DNA of 63,317 nt, the filler included, from Octopus bimaculoides (Eukaryota), in the NCBI RefSeq assembly GCF_001194135.2. It is 4 parts of 4 records of this genome, joined end to end, with 100 filler letters (N's around TTAATTAATTAA, not from the genome) between each part and the next. Parts side by side here need not be neighbours in the genome. Positions count along the whole stretch, not along the records: positions 1 to 25,386 come from NC_068983.1; positions 25,487 to 44,503 come from NC_068994.1; 2 more parts are not named here. One strand, 5' to 3'. The notes under the pieces were generated by a model that was not told the DNA's origin, did no database searches, and worked only from the letters and a program-made list of their open reading frames with translations. How positions within the stretch are numbered: the stretch's first letter is position 1; each line of letters begins with the position of its first letter. This document shows positions 13,825 to 27,527 of the stretch, in pieces. A program made the translations under genes and the position numbers.

Positions 13825-14710
13825 NNNNNNNNNNNNNNNNNNNNNNNNNNNNNNNNNNNNNNNNNNNNNNNNNNNNNNNNNNNNNNNNNNNNNNNNNNNN
13901 NNNNNNNNNNNNNNNNNNNNNNNNNNNNNNNNNNNNNNNNNNNNNNNNNNNNNNNNNNNNNNNNNNNNNNNNNNNNNNNNNNNNNNNNNNNNNNNNNNNN
14001 NNNNNNNNNNNNNNNNNNNNNNNNNNNNNNNNNNNNNNNNNNNNNNNNNNNNNNNNNNNNNNNNNNNNNNNNNNNNNNNNNNNNNNNNNNNNNNNNNNNN
14101 NNNNNNNNNNNNNNNNNNNNNNNNNNNNNNNNNNNNNNNNNNNNNNNNNNNNNNNNNNNNNNNNNNNNNNNNNNNNNNNNNNNNNNNNNNNNNNNNNNNN
14201 NNNNNNNNNNNNNNNNNNNNNNNNNNNNNNNNNNNNNNNNNNNNNNNNNNNNNNNNNNNNNNNNNNNNNNNNNNNNNNNNNNNNNNNNNNNNNNNNNNNN
14301 NNNNNNNNNNNNNNNNNNNNNNNNNNNNNNNNNNNNNNNNNNNNNNNNNNNNNNNNNNNNNNNNNNNNNNNNNNNNNNNNNNNNNNNNNNNNNNNNNNNN
14401 NNNNNNNNNNNNNNNNNNNNNNNNNNNNNNNNNNNNNNNNNNNNNNNNNNNNNNNNNNNNNNNNNNNNNNNNNNNNNNNNNNNNNNNNNNNNNNNNNNNN
14501 NNNNNNNNNNNNNNNNNNNNNNNNNNNNNNNNNNNNNNNNNNNNNNNNNNNNNNNNNNNNNNNNNNNNNNNNNNNNNNNNNNNNNNNNNNNNNNNNNNNN
14601 NNNNNNNNNNNNNNNNNNNNNNNNNNNNNNNNNNNNNNNNNNNNNNNNNNNNNNNNNNNNNNNNNNNNNNNNNNNNNNNNNNNNNNNNNNNNNNNNNNNN
14701 NNNNNNNNNN

Positions 14711-15090
<380 letters not shown>

Positions 15091-16793
15091 CCTATATATA
15101 CATGCATACATATATACATGTGTATATACATGTGTATATACATACATATGCACATGCATAAATCTGCACACTCACACATATATGAACATACACACACACA
15201 CATATATGTATATACATATATGTATGCACGCCAACATATTCTATTTCAGAGTGACTAAATATTATTCACCACCTTAGTCCAAATCGTAAAGAAAATGAAT
15301 GAATTTAATTTGATCTGTCGACTTATGCACTAATTCATTCTTGTGAATTTTTTCAACGCAGACCAGTCTGATACAACAGGAATAACTTCTGACGTCAAAA
15401 GCTTTTTGCTTTCGTGAAAACGCAGCGAGTTCAGTTATAATTAATTCATGCCTGAATGAAAACGTCCCACTTTTTTTCACATCCTACACATTTTTTGTGT
15501 TATTTTCCAAACCAACCAAACAAAAAAGGGATCAATAACAAAGCAACAGAATACACATGGTTCAATATGATTCCACAGTTGCAAAGAGGGCTATTCGCCA
15601 TTTCAATTTGGGGTTTCTAGTTGGCCAAATCACCGAGTCCATTAAGCCATTTCTATCCATTCTTTATAGACTCCGATCGCTTCGACAAATTTTCTGTCGG
15701 TTTCATTTTCATGACTATCATTGGTAGTACAGTTAACAATCCTACATTTCGCAACTCTGTTTTGGTAGATCTTTTATATTCTTCGTATTTTCTGATCCCA
15801 ATCTAATGAACTTTATCATCAAACATAGCTTTTTTGTTTTCAATTTTGCTGACAATTTCTGTCTTGGTTTCAAATGGAACAAAGGTCAGTCACCACGTAA
15901 GACTATTAATGTTTAAAGAACGCAATTTCAAACACTATTAGTCATTCCTTTCTTTTCAATTCGTTGGTTTATACAATCGATATAAACAAGCAATAGACCG
16001 AATGAATGAAACTGTGGTTTCGTTTCGAGTAATATGAAGCATTTTACATATAATTAATTAAATATATAGGACCCTATATACTTTTAACTTAGAGGTGTAT
16101 TGTGTACTTTAATAATACGTACATACATATTTACATACTTATATACATACGTATAGATACATATATACGTACATGAATACAGTTAGACTGATCTACAAAC
16201 ACACAAATAAATAAGCAGACAGATTGATACGTATACACACACACAACTTAATATAAAGAGCTAGGTGCAATGTAATGCCACAAAGAAAAAATACAATCGA
16301 TACTGAACGTGACTAAGGGTGGTCAAGACACATACGTTATTAGAAATAAGTTAAAATGCTCTTAACGCTGTAAGAAAAACACTTAAATGTATAAATATAT
16401 GCTGACAGAGGCTGCAATCGCCCCAAACACCCACTCGAGGATTCCTTAGATTGAACGTCCAGTTTCGGCTATTTCCGTAGCCTTCACCAGTAAGGACTGC
16501 ACATTCGGCAGATTTCAGGCCAATCTTGACACCCTTAGTTATGTTCAGCAGTGACGGTTGTATTTTTCCTTTATGGTATCACATTGCGCTAGCTGTTTAT
16601 ATTAATTATTGTATACACATCATATATATATATATATATATATATCCTTTACGTTCATGTACGGGAAACATTTCTGAGTACGTGTATAAAAGCTCCTGAT
16701 TTATTATGCCGTCTACAACCTAATGATACCAACTCGCAATAGAAGTTTTATGGGGTTGTACCGAGCCGCGCCGATATAATATGGGATTAACAT

Positions 16794-17100
16794 AGTAATA
16801 ATAATAATAATCCATGGATGGTGTTTATAAATATTTTAATGCATCGTTACACGCGTTTTCACAAATCATGTTTCTTACGATCATAGTCCGTATTCCTGGG
16901 ATGATTACAATACAGTCCATAGTATCCTTGGACATTGTGTGGATCATATTCATGTGTTCATTTCCATGGATACTACGGGCAGTACAGTAACCATTCCAGG
17001 AATACGGACTATGATCGTAAGAAACATGCAATCTGAGGAAACGTGCGTAGCGATGCATTAAAATATCTATAAATTCCATCCATGGATTATTACTATTACT
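16794..17100. repeat. ~300-bp imperfect foldback (MITE-like)
   Basis: Arms ~16794-16932 and 16963-17100; perfect 33-bp core 16867-16899 / 16996-17028. Confidence 0.9.
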
Positions 17101-17114
17101 GTGTGTGTGTGTGT

Positions 17115-17208
<94 letters not shown>

Positions 17209-17617
17209 ATGTATGTATGTATGTATGTATGTATAAAGTAAGAGGAGGGATATAATATCCAAGCAGATACCGAATTTCCCTGAGTAAAATGCCAAGGCCG
17301 GTTCCTTCAGATGATGCGTTTTTGGTAAACTTCTTTTCGCTCCCAACCGATGTTACAGTTTATTTCCTGGCTACATAGAGTGTAAAATACATTATTGATA
17401 AGGAGAATAAAGAATTTTAAATTCAAACTTTTTGTTTAAGTCCAGTTAGTTTGTTCATAATAACTGTCCGACACGTGTTTCGATCACGCTAACTGCATAT
17501 TGTTGCATATTTATATGCAGCGATTCATGCATTTATAGTACGATCTTTTCAGGGCATATATAAGTATGACATTGTTCGAAGAGGAATTTTCCTCTGCTAT
17601 TAGTTTTATTATTATTG

Positions 17618-18905
17618 GATCAAACGTAGACCGAGAAAGGGCGCTTGGCACCTCGAGTGCCGCCAAGCTCTCACCGCCCTCAGTCAGGCGGGCAGTGCGA
17701 TCGTTAGTAGCTCCACTCTAGTGTTCTATAGAGGGTTAGTGGGAGAAAAGTGCGACGACGTTCTCGGGAAAATTCTAGGCGTCGAGGATGATCAGCTAAA
17801 CAGTCTGTTCAGGAGAACTTTCGGGCCGGGGCCCATGGATAATTTCCAAAGGTCCCTCGCCTGGCAGTGCTACCGAGGTGCGCTACCTGTTCGAGATAAA
17901 CTCTACCGACACGGAAGTGCNNNNNNNNNNNNNNNNNNNNNNNNNNNNNNNNNNNNNNNNNNNNNNNNNNNNNNNNNNNNNNNNNNNNNNNNNNNNNNNN
18001 NNNNNNNNNNNNNNNNNNNNNNNNNNNNNNNNNNNNNNNNNNNNNNNNNNNNNNNNNNNNNNNNNNNNNNNNNNNNNNNNNNNNNNNNNNNNNNNNNNNN
18101 NNNNNNNNNNNNNNNNNNNNNNNNNNNNNNNNNNNNNNNNNNNNNNNNNNNNNNNNNNNNNNNNNNNNNNNNNNNNNNNNNNNNNNNNNNNNNNNNNNNN
18201 NNNNNNNNNNNNNNNNNNNNNNNNNNNNNNNNNNNNNNNNNNNNNNNNNNNNNNNNNNNNNNNNNNNNNNNNNNNNNNNNNNNNNNNNNNNNNNNNNNNN
18301 NNNNNNNNNNNNNNNNNNNNNNNNNNNNNNNNNNNNNNNNNNNNNNNNNNNNNNNNNNNNNNNNNNNNNNNNNNNNNNNNNNNNNNNNNNNNNNNNNNNN
18401 NNNNNNNNNNNNNNNNNNNNNNNNNNNNNNNNNNNNNNNNNNNNNNNNNNNNNNNNNNNNNNNNNNNNNNNNNNNNNNNNNNNNNNNNNNNNNNNNNNNN
18501 NNNNNNNNNNNNNNNNNNNNNNNNNNNNNNNNNNNNNNNNNNNNNNNNNNNNNNNNNNNNNNNNNNNNNNNNNNNNNNNNNNNNNNNNNNNNNNNNNNNN
18601 NNNNNNNNNNNNNNNNNNNNNNNNNNNNNNNNNNNNNNNNNNNNNNNNNNNNNNNNNNNNNNNNNNNNNNNNNNNNNNNNNNNNNNNNNNNNNNNNNNNN
18701 NNNNNNNNNNNNNNNNNNNNNNNNNNNNNNNNNNNNNNNNNNNNNNNNNNNNNNNNNNNNNNNNNNNNNNNNNNNNNNNNNNNNNNNNNNNNNNNNNNNN
18801 NNNNNNNNNNNNNNNNNNNNNNNNNNNNNNNNNNNNNNNNNNNNNNATGTTTTTAATTGATATTAGCCCTTGTGGCCAATAAAACGAATTAATTATTATT
18901 ATTAT
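17618..18905 (+). mobile_element. L1/Tx1-clade LINE 3' part (middle in N-gap)
   Basis: Open frame ...FRRTFGPGPMDNFQRSLAWQCYRGALPVRDKLYRHG (zf-RVT-type region). After the gap, tail agcccttgtggccaataaaacgaat(tat)n, also seen at ~44030. Confidence 0.7.
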
Positions 18906-18948
18906 TATCATTATTATTATTATTAGTAGTAGTAGTAGTAGTAGTAGC

Positions 18949-18991
<43 letters not shown>

Positions 18992-19399
18992 AATCATGAC
19001 ATTCTTCCATGAGATGTTTTGTTCAACTAATTGTTTGAGTAAAATTCAGCAGCAGCAGTCATTTTTGTTGAAGTTGGCAAATATTCTTGGCTAGGTGGGG
19101 ATTTGTTATTTATAGAATACTTATTTTTGATTGCCATTTGAGTATTTTGATGGATTTGAAAGTGATTATATTATTTTAATTTTTGTAAAGGTTATTAATT
19201 GTAGTAGTGGATAATTACTAGGCAGTAAGAACCGCGTGGTTATCAAAACTAGTCAGTTGTATTTTAGATTCTTTTAACTTATTATTATTGTTTCAAAGTG
19301 TTTTTAGGTGTTCTTAATATGTGTTTTTATTATCATAGTTATTATAGTCATGTTTAGAGGAAAAAGTTTATTGAAGTTATATAAATTAATGCATTCTAT

Positions 19400-20138
19400 T
19401 ATTAAATTTTTTAAAAAAAGATGACATTGTTTGTGTAAGCAATTAAAAGTTCTTTCTTGTCTAGTGTTAACTATCTTATTTTTCGAAGTAGATATTTGGT
19501 ATAATCCCTTCAGGCATAAATTGCACCTTTCGTCTCCCCTATTCTATAAGGTTTCGTCTCCCCTATTCTATAAGGTTTCGTCTCCCCTATTTTATGCAGT
19601 ACTAATACTTTATCATTTTAATGACAATTCAATATTTTCATCCTTAAGCGACTATAAAAACTTGCTAAGGCTTGTTGAAAATTTTCTAGTATTGTTTCTT
19701 AACGAACTTCCATGATTTGCTATTCTTTGTTTTATAAAGCATGAGCTAACACCAATATAGTAATATTTATTTTCATCTGTTGCGACTACACATCTATAGA
19801 CGGTATTTTTTACTTTACAGTTACTTTAAAAATCGCATTGCGTTCTCCTAACGAGATCCCATTTTCCATATATTATGCTACGTCTCCATTATTAGATTTT
19901 ATAATGTTTGTGTTTATTTTATATTTTTGCTGATTATCTTTATTATTACTGCTTTCATAACAGGCGCTACTCTTTTTAGTGCGCCTGTCTTTTAGTTATA
20001 GAATTTATAGAATTATTTAATTCAGTAGTTTCCCTTTGATCTTTAGTTTCTTAGTGATGATTTCAATAGAATTTGGGTTAATCATCTTACTATCGTTTTT
20101 AAAAATTGTTATCATTATTATTATCATCATCATCGTCG

Positions 20139-20190
<52 letters not shown>

Positions 20191-20460
20191 CTTTAATTTG
20201 ATTTTCATTATTATTTACCTTATTAATGTTATTGTCATGTGCTTTTGCTATTTGTTTGGTGTTTGGGGCGGCTATAATTTAAGCTAAATTTCTAGAGTTG
20301 GAGAACACGATCTTGATTCTTTGTTTATTAAATAAATTATGGTATTTATTCGTTACCAGAAAAAATTTATTTAGTGTTTCGTAGAACATTCTAGGTATTT
20401 TTGATTTAATTTACTTAGCGAAGGGATTATCATTCAGTCTTTAGAACGATTTCTTAACTT
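19400..20460 (-). mobile_element. Penelope-like element remnant (post-RT region and GIY-YIG endonuclease)
   Basis: Minus-strand decayed frames LNKFFLVTNKYHNLFNKQRIKIVFSNSRNL, KNTVYRCVV..YYIGVS..KQRIANHGSSLRN..STSLSKFL*SLKDENI and KPYRIGET..CNLCL; interrupted by (ATT)n at ~20110-20190. Confidence 0.7.
19528..19594. repeat. 24-bp tandem repeat, about 2.7 copies
   Basis: tttcgtctcccctattctataagg at 19528, 19552 and partial at 19576. Confidence 0.95.
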
Positions 20461-20949
20461 ATAGTTTGTAATTAGTGCTTATGGTCGGAGTAAATGTTTT
20501 AATCTGGTCTCCTATTGTATTAGAGATTTTGTGTTTAATTTTATTATTATTAATACCCGACCTAAATCAACTACTAAAATATGTGTTACCCATATTCATC
20601 CGTCTGGTAGTGGCACGGTTTTTTTTTTGTATATATATATAATTTTTATAATTATTTTTGTTTGTCTTCTTTGTTTTCGTCATTATTCTGTGCGTTCTTG
20701 CAACTGCCGCCAACAAGAGGGAACGGTATCAGCGATAACGGCGCGAAACCGTTATGCTTTCTTGGACGTTGACGGATGAGAAATTAGCTACAAATTTTCC
20801 GTTTGTTATATTTTTGTCAAATTTTCCTTTGTTAAATTTTCCGATTGTTATGTTTTTATTAACTCTTTGAGATATGATTTATGTAACGCAACGCTCTGCT
20901 TATATATTTTTTTACCGATTTTTGCAACTGCCGCCAACAAGAGGGAACG

Positions 20950-21003
<54 letters not shown>

Positions 21004-21619
21004 NNNNNNNNNNNNNNNNNNNNNNNNNNNNNNNNNNNNNNNNNNNNNNNNNNNNNNNNNNNNNNNNNNNNNNNNNNNNNNNNNNNNNNNNNNNNNNNNN
21101 NNNNNNNNNNNNNNNNNNNNNNNNNNNNNNNNNNNNNNNNNNNNNNNNNNNNNNNNNNNNNNNNNNNNNNNNNNNNNNNNNNNNNNNNNNNNNNNNNNNN
21201 NNNNNNNNNNNNNNNNNNNNNNNNNNNNNNNNNNNNNNNNNNNNNNNNNNNNNNNNNNNNNNNNNNNNNNNNNNNNNNNNNNNNNNNNNNNNNNNNNNNN
21301 NNNNNNNNNNNNNNNNNNNNNNNNNNNNNNNNNNNNNNNNNNNNNNNNNNNNNNNNNNNNNNNNNNNNNNNNNNNNNNNNNNNNNNNNNNNNNNNNNNNN
21401 NNNNNNNNNNNNNNNNNNNNNNNNNNNNNNNNNNNNNNNNNNNNNNNNNNNNNNNNNNNNNNNNNNNNNNNNNNNNNNNNNNNNNNNNNNNNTATATATA
21501 TTATATGTGTGTGTGTGTGTGTGTGTATGTATATATATATATATATTATATGTGTGTGTGTGTGTGTGTGTATGTATATATATATGCATTTCTGCGCCTG
21601 TATGCGTAAATTTTATAAG

Positions 21620-22203
21620 CTGAGCATCTGGTTTTCGCAAGCACAAGAGGCCTGGCAGAGCAAACCCACCAGAAAACACATGAGAATCCCCTTTTTAGAC
21701 AGCAAGGGCATCATCAACATCCACTTGATTCCCTCTGGCCAGACGGTCAACAAACAATACTTTGTGAATGTTTTGAGGGAGTTCAGGAAGAGAATTCTTT
21801 GCAAAAGGCCAGAGCAACTGCACCAGAACAATACACCACTTCACAATTCCATCCTGGTAACCAACTACTTAACAGAGCCAGTCATCAAAGCTGTCCCTAA
21901 ACATACCCTACAATACAGACCTTGCTCCCTATGGCTTTTGGTTGTTCCCACGCTAAAACAGAAGTTCAGGGACAGTTGTTTGGAAGACATTGAGAAAATG
22001 AAGGAGGCTGTGAAAAGGGTCCTGGACAGCTTGATTAAAGGGGAATTCCATGGGGCCATCACAAGGTGGCTGGAGTACTACAACAAGTGCATTGAAGTCA
22101 GAGGACCCCATGTTAAAGGAGATTAGAATTTTGTATTTCTTTGAAATTTAGAAATGTCACTCCTGAACGTGTCTCAAAACTTCTGGAATGTATCTTGCAT
22201 GTA
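21620..22203 (+). mobile_element. mariner transposase C-terminal relic
   Basis: FLDSKGII..IPSGQTVNKQYFVNVLREFRKRILCKRPE..HQNNTPLHNS..WLEYYNKCIEVRG. Confidence 0.85.
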
Positions 22204-22851
22204 TGTGTGCAAAGGTGTNNNNNNNNNNNNNNNNNNNNNNNNNNNNNNNNNNNNNNNNNNNNNNNNNNNNNNNNNNNNNNNNNNNNNNNNNNNNNNNNNN
22301 NNNNNNNNNNNNNNNNNNNNNNNNNNNNNNNNNNNNNNNNNNNNNNNNNNNNNNNNNNNNNNNNNNNNNNNNNNNNNNNNNNNNNNNNNNNNNNNNNNNN
22401 NNNNNNNNNNNNNNNNNNNNNNNNNNNNNNNNNNNNNNNNNNNNNNNNNNNNNNNNNNNNNNNNNNNNNNNNNNNNNNNNNNNNNNNNNNNNNNNNNNNN
22501 NNNNNNNNNNNNNNNNNNNNNNNNNNNNNNNNNNNNNNNNNNNNNNNNNNNNNNNNNNNNNNNNNNNNNNNNNNNNNNNNNNNNNNNNNNNNNNNNNNNN
22601 NNNNNNNNNNNNNNNNNNNNNNNNNNNNNNNNNNNNNNNNNNNNNNNNNNNNNNNNNNNNNNNNNNNNNNNNNNNNNNNNNNNNNNNNNNNNNNNNNNNN
22701 NNNNNNNNNNNNNNNNNNNNNNNNNNNNNNNNNNNNNNNNNNNNNNNNNNNNNNNNNNNNNNNNNNNNNNNNNNNNNNNNNNNNNNNNNNNNNNNNNNNN
22801 NNNNNNNNNNNNNNNNNNNNNNNNNNNNNNNNNNNNNNNNNNNNNNNNNNN

Positions 22852-23023
22852 GAAATTATCGAAATAAGACAATTTTTTTACATGAAATAAATTCGAATAC
22901 AAGAATTTTTTTCTGTTCTATAACACAAAATAGATAAGTATACGAAGTTTGAAAGTCTTTCGGTACCAAAAACACTACATAAAACATAAATGAAAACTGG
23001 TGCCCCCGTTTTGAAATAGATCC
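22852..23023. mobile_element. GGATC-MITE, right half (left half in gap)
   Basis: Near-identical to 650-819; ends ccccgttttgaaatagatcc. Confidence 0.85.
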
Positions 23024-23029
23024 TAGTAT

Positions 23030-24042
23030 TGTATGTGCATGTGTGTGCGTGTGCGTGTTTGCGTGTGTGAGTGTGTGTGTGTGAGTGTGTGTGTGTATGT
23101 GTATATGAATGTGCGTGTTTGCGTATATGAATGTGCTTCTGTGCACCTCTATGTCGAGCAGTTGTGTGTGTGTGNNNNNNNNNNNNNNNNNNGGGGGGGG
23201 GTGCGAACGTATGTGCGATTGTATACGGCTGCATGTATTTGTATGAAAGTAAATGTGCTTCTCTGAATGTCTGTATTTTGTGTATACTTGTGTGTAAATG
23301 TGTGCACGCATGTATGTGTGAGTATGTCTGTGTGAGTGAATAAGTCTGTGTATTTGTGTGCCTGAGAGTAAGTTTGAGTGTTATGCGTGTATGTGTGCAT
23401 TTATGGATTGTGTGTGTGTGTGTGTGTGCGTGTGTGTGTGTGTGTGCGTGCATGTGTGTGTGGGCGCACGCATGTGTGAGAAAGTGAGAGAAGTATGTGT
23501 GAGAAATATATGTGACTACGTGTCTATGTGCGTGAGTAAATAAATGGCTGTATATTTGTATTTATGTGTGTGTGTATGTGCATATGCGTGTGTGAGTGCA
23601 TGTATGTGTGTATGTGCGCGATTTTGTGTTTGCGCCTGTGTGTATGTGTACGTTTGTGTGTGGATATTTGCCTATGTCAGAATATATGCGTATGCGGCGT
23701 GTGTCTCTGCGTATTTATTTATATATATACACGTACGTACCTGCATCTGGGTTTACGTAGCTATCTGTGTCTGTAACTGTATATGTATGATTGCTGAAGC
23801 GCGCGTTTGTGTGTGTGTGTGAGAGAGTGTGTGTGTGTGTGTGTGTGCGTGGTGGGTATGTACTGATGGGTGGGTGTGTGCATAGAGGGTATGTGTTGAT
23901 GGGTGGGTGCGTGCGTTTGTATGTGTATTTATGTAAGCATGAATGTGTTTATGTAAATATTTGTGTGTGTGTGTGAGTATATATATATATATATACGTCT
24001 ATGCGGGTAAATGTAGATATATATATATGTGTGTGTGTGCAA

Positions 24043-24070
<28 letters not shown>
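23030..24070. repeat. Degenerate compound (TG)/(TA) microsatellite field
   Basis: Low-complexity sequence; source of many spurious CV/HT-rich ORFs. Confidence 0.9.
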
Positions 24071-24074
<4 letters not shown>

Positions 24075-24370
24075 TCGCGTGTCTTTTTTTTTAATGAACT
24101 ATGTGTTTGGATGTAACAGTATGTAATATGTCTGAGACATAGGTATAGGTGAGGGGAAGACACTAAGCAGGCTAGCTGGCGGGCACCAGGTAGCACCCCA
24201 CCTTTCCTCAAACACACATTGACACTTGTGCAGTCTTGATACTGACGTAAACAATCTACTAGTGAACTTACACATATCAGTGATACACACACACACACAC
24301 ATACGATATGTATATATATTTAACTCTCAACTTTCTAGCTCATCTCATTCGCCTGTTCTTCCTTCCCTTT

Positions 24371-24456
24371 CTTCTTCTTCTTTTTCTTTTTCTTCTTCTT
24401 CTTCTTCTTCTTCTTCTTCTTCTTCTTCTTCTTCTTCTTCTTCTTCTTCTTCTTCT
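24371..24456. repeat. (TTC)n microsatellite; (GATA)n follows at 24636-24691
   Basis: Read directly from the sequence. Confidence 0.95.
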
Positions 24457-24555
24457 ACTACTGCTACTATACTAATTCTTTCTATCACTCAGTATTTAAG
24501 CTGTTGCTTTCGCGTAGTGAATGCTTATCACCTATCTAATTCTTATTTTCATTCA

Positions 24556-24594
<39 letters not shown>

Positions 24595-24634
24595 ATGTGT
24601 GTGTATGCATGTGTGTATGCATGTGTGTTAGTAT

Positions 24635-24692
<58 letters not shown>

Positions 24693-24719
24693 CTTTGTCC
24701 AGCACGAGTGAGCGAATGC

Positions 24720-24895
24720 TTCAGATACTATCTGCCAGATGAAGTCGTAAATACAATCTGCTCCATCTATGCAGACTGTAAAAGCTTCGTACGCATCCCT
24801 GACGGAGACACCGATACGTTTGCGGTCAACACGTGTTCTCCAAGGAGCTACCTTAGCTCCTTCCCTTTTCATTATAATTCTTGAACGGTGCACTA
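24720..24895 (+). mobile_element. RTE-X-like LINE RT fragment
   Basis: TRVLQGATLAPSLFIIILE resembles the RT motif GVLQGDTLAPxLFIIVLD. Confidence 0.65.
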
Positions 24896-24940
24896 TATTA
24901 AGTGTTTCTTATTACACACACACACACACACACTCACTCA

Positions 24941-24996
<56 letters not shown>

Positions 24997-25540
24997 GTNN
25001 NNNNNNNNTTTCTCTCTCTCTCTGTGTTTCTCTCTCTCTCTCTGTTTCTCTCTCTCTCTCTGTTTCTCTCTCTCTCTGTTTCTCTCTCTCTCTGTTTCTC
25101 GCTCTTTCTCTCTCTCTGGAAATATATATGCGTGCGTGTACTAGAAGTAAATATAAACACCAGTATAAATATTTCCATCTCATGATATATATATATATAT
25201 AAATTCGGAAGAGTGGTACAACAAGGCACCAACATATAGTTTTAGGGAAAAGAACCAAGGTTCTTGAACTCATCGATGAAAATCCACTATCACATATAGA
25301 AAAATTAATAATTAAAAGCACAATGATACATTTATATGTAATTTTGGATGTTATCCCTAATATTATATATATATATATATATATATNNNNNNNNNNNNNN
25401 NNNNNNNNNNNNNNNNNNNNNNNNNNNNNNTTAATTAATTAANNNNNNNNNNNNNNNNNNNNNNNNNNNNNNNNNNNNNNNNNNNNATATATATATATAT
25501 GTATATAGTTTCTAATTTAAGCACATGTCTGCTACTTTAC

Positions 25541-25599
25541 GATGACTCTTGGTAATGATAGAGTTAAAAGGCAATGTAGATCAAGGATGGATTTCAACT
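25541..25599 (-). CDS. Candidate exon of unidentified minus-strand gene (xLKSILDLHCLLTLSLPRVI)
   Basis: ttctttaattcag| ... ATC|gtaaag; only one open frame (phase 1 to 0). Confidence 0.4.
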
Positions 25600-26448
25600 C
25601 TGAATTAAAGAACCAGAACAAATATCACAAGGCATTTTCCCAACTCTGTAATGATTCTACCTGCTTGAATTGTATGTATGCATGCATGCATCTAGGTATG
25701 TGTATGTATCTATGTATGCATATGTATGTGTTTGTGTGTATGTATCAATGTGTATGTATATGTACATGTATATGTATGTATTTATATATTTGTGTGTGTA
25801 TATGTATGTCTGTGTATGTATATATATGTATGTGTACATATATATATGTGTATATCTGTGTTCATGTGTGTGTGTGTGTGTGTGTCTGCCTGTCTGTGTT
25901 TGTCTGTCTGTCTGAAGTTTTATTGAAGTTAGTGCCAGATTAGATCATTTCAATTTTATTTGTTGATTTGCTTGAAGTTTATTTTTGTTTATCTTTTTAA
26001 TGTTCCTGTTTGTATGTTAGATTACAGAAAATTGATAGCTGGGGATTGTCTGTTTGTCTGTCTGTTCTGTGTGTATGTGAGTGAGAGTATATCTGTGTAA
26101 TGTCGGTCCATTTGTGTCAGCTTAATTCAGTTTGTAGAAATCATCCATTTATGACCAGATGAATGTCATAATTCATTATGTATTATTGGATGATGATGCT
26201 GCTGTTGTTTAGCCCCTGGTCAACCCTGATCGAAGAGATGTACTTGCGAAAAGCATTCTAGCCATGGTCATCTTGTTTTCTATATATTTATTACCACATT
26301 GTCCTTGATTCAATGTGTCCTTGTTTTTTCAATGTAACATAGTAGATATAGTTAAAAGATTTGGCTGCTATATCTAGGAATTAAACAACAGAGTAGACAC
26401 CTCCTCATTGGCTTATAGATGTTGTTATTGTTGATGTTATCATAATGC

Positions 26449-26480
<32 letters not shown>

Positions 26481-27527
26481 GCTGATTCTGATGATACCAT
26501 AATTAGTAATGCTGCTTAGTTTTAGATGAACCTTTTTGGAACCAATCTATGGTCGGAGGTTTTTCCAGCTATGACCATCCTGTATTTCACTTAACCAAGT
26601 ATTCTATTGATTAATGAATCACCACATTTTATATATTACATCTAAGATTGTGAAGTGTGATTTCAGAAAGATTTGGCTGCTATTTCTGTCAGATATGTAA
26701 ATTAAGTACAACCAGGCTGAGTTTTTTGAAGATGCCATTATTGTCATTGGTACTCTTGTTGTTTATTCTTAAGTCAAATCCTATCCAGCAGACTAACCAT
26801 CAAAGACATCCAATCCTTAACTATTCAATCTGTTTTTAGTTGTAGCATCTCTTAGATTACATTATCTAATGTTTTGTACCATTTCTAAGGCTGTAGTGTA
26901 TGACATGAAAAAGATGTTGCCATTTCTTGGAAGTTGGATGTTTTGGAGAGGGTATCTTGCTGTTGTTAGTGTTGTTGTTTATTACTGAAGTTAAATTTTT
27001 CTTTGTGTGTATAGGTAGAGCTGTGTTTGCTTTGTGGATGAGGTAAATGAAATGGATGTGGGTAAATGAGATGGGTGTGAGGTAAATGAGATGGGTTGAT
27101 GATCTGTGGAAATACACAGAAGGGTGAGAGAAGGATGCCACAGTGTGGCAGCAACAGTCTTGAAAAGGGACTGTAGAATAGCAGAATATTGATGTGTAAA
27201 ATAACAGAATATTCATATGTATAGTCCTGAAAGAAAACTCCAAAATAACAGAATATTCATGCATGGAATAATGGAATATTGATGTGTTTAGTCAGCTTGG
27301 TAGCTAAATAGAGTAAAGGTGGGGATGTGTAACAGTTATAGAATGGGAAAGAGCTCAGTGTCAGAGGAATCTGGAGAACTGCTGTGGTGTTTGATTACAA
27401 GAGTGTGTTAAATGTGAGAGGTTAAGGTACTAGATTATTGACTCCAGTGTTATGTATTTAAACTTTACTACAGCCACTTGAGTTGGACTTCTCAGGAAGA
27501 CCTATCACTCTGTGAATCAATGAAAGA

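Noticed and set aside
25431-25442. ttaattaattaa isolated between N-runs (also 44548-44559 and 61120-61131)
   Set aside because: Identical 12-mer with stops in all six frames, always embedded in Ns; most likely a synthetic contig spacer, not biology.
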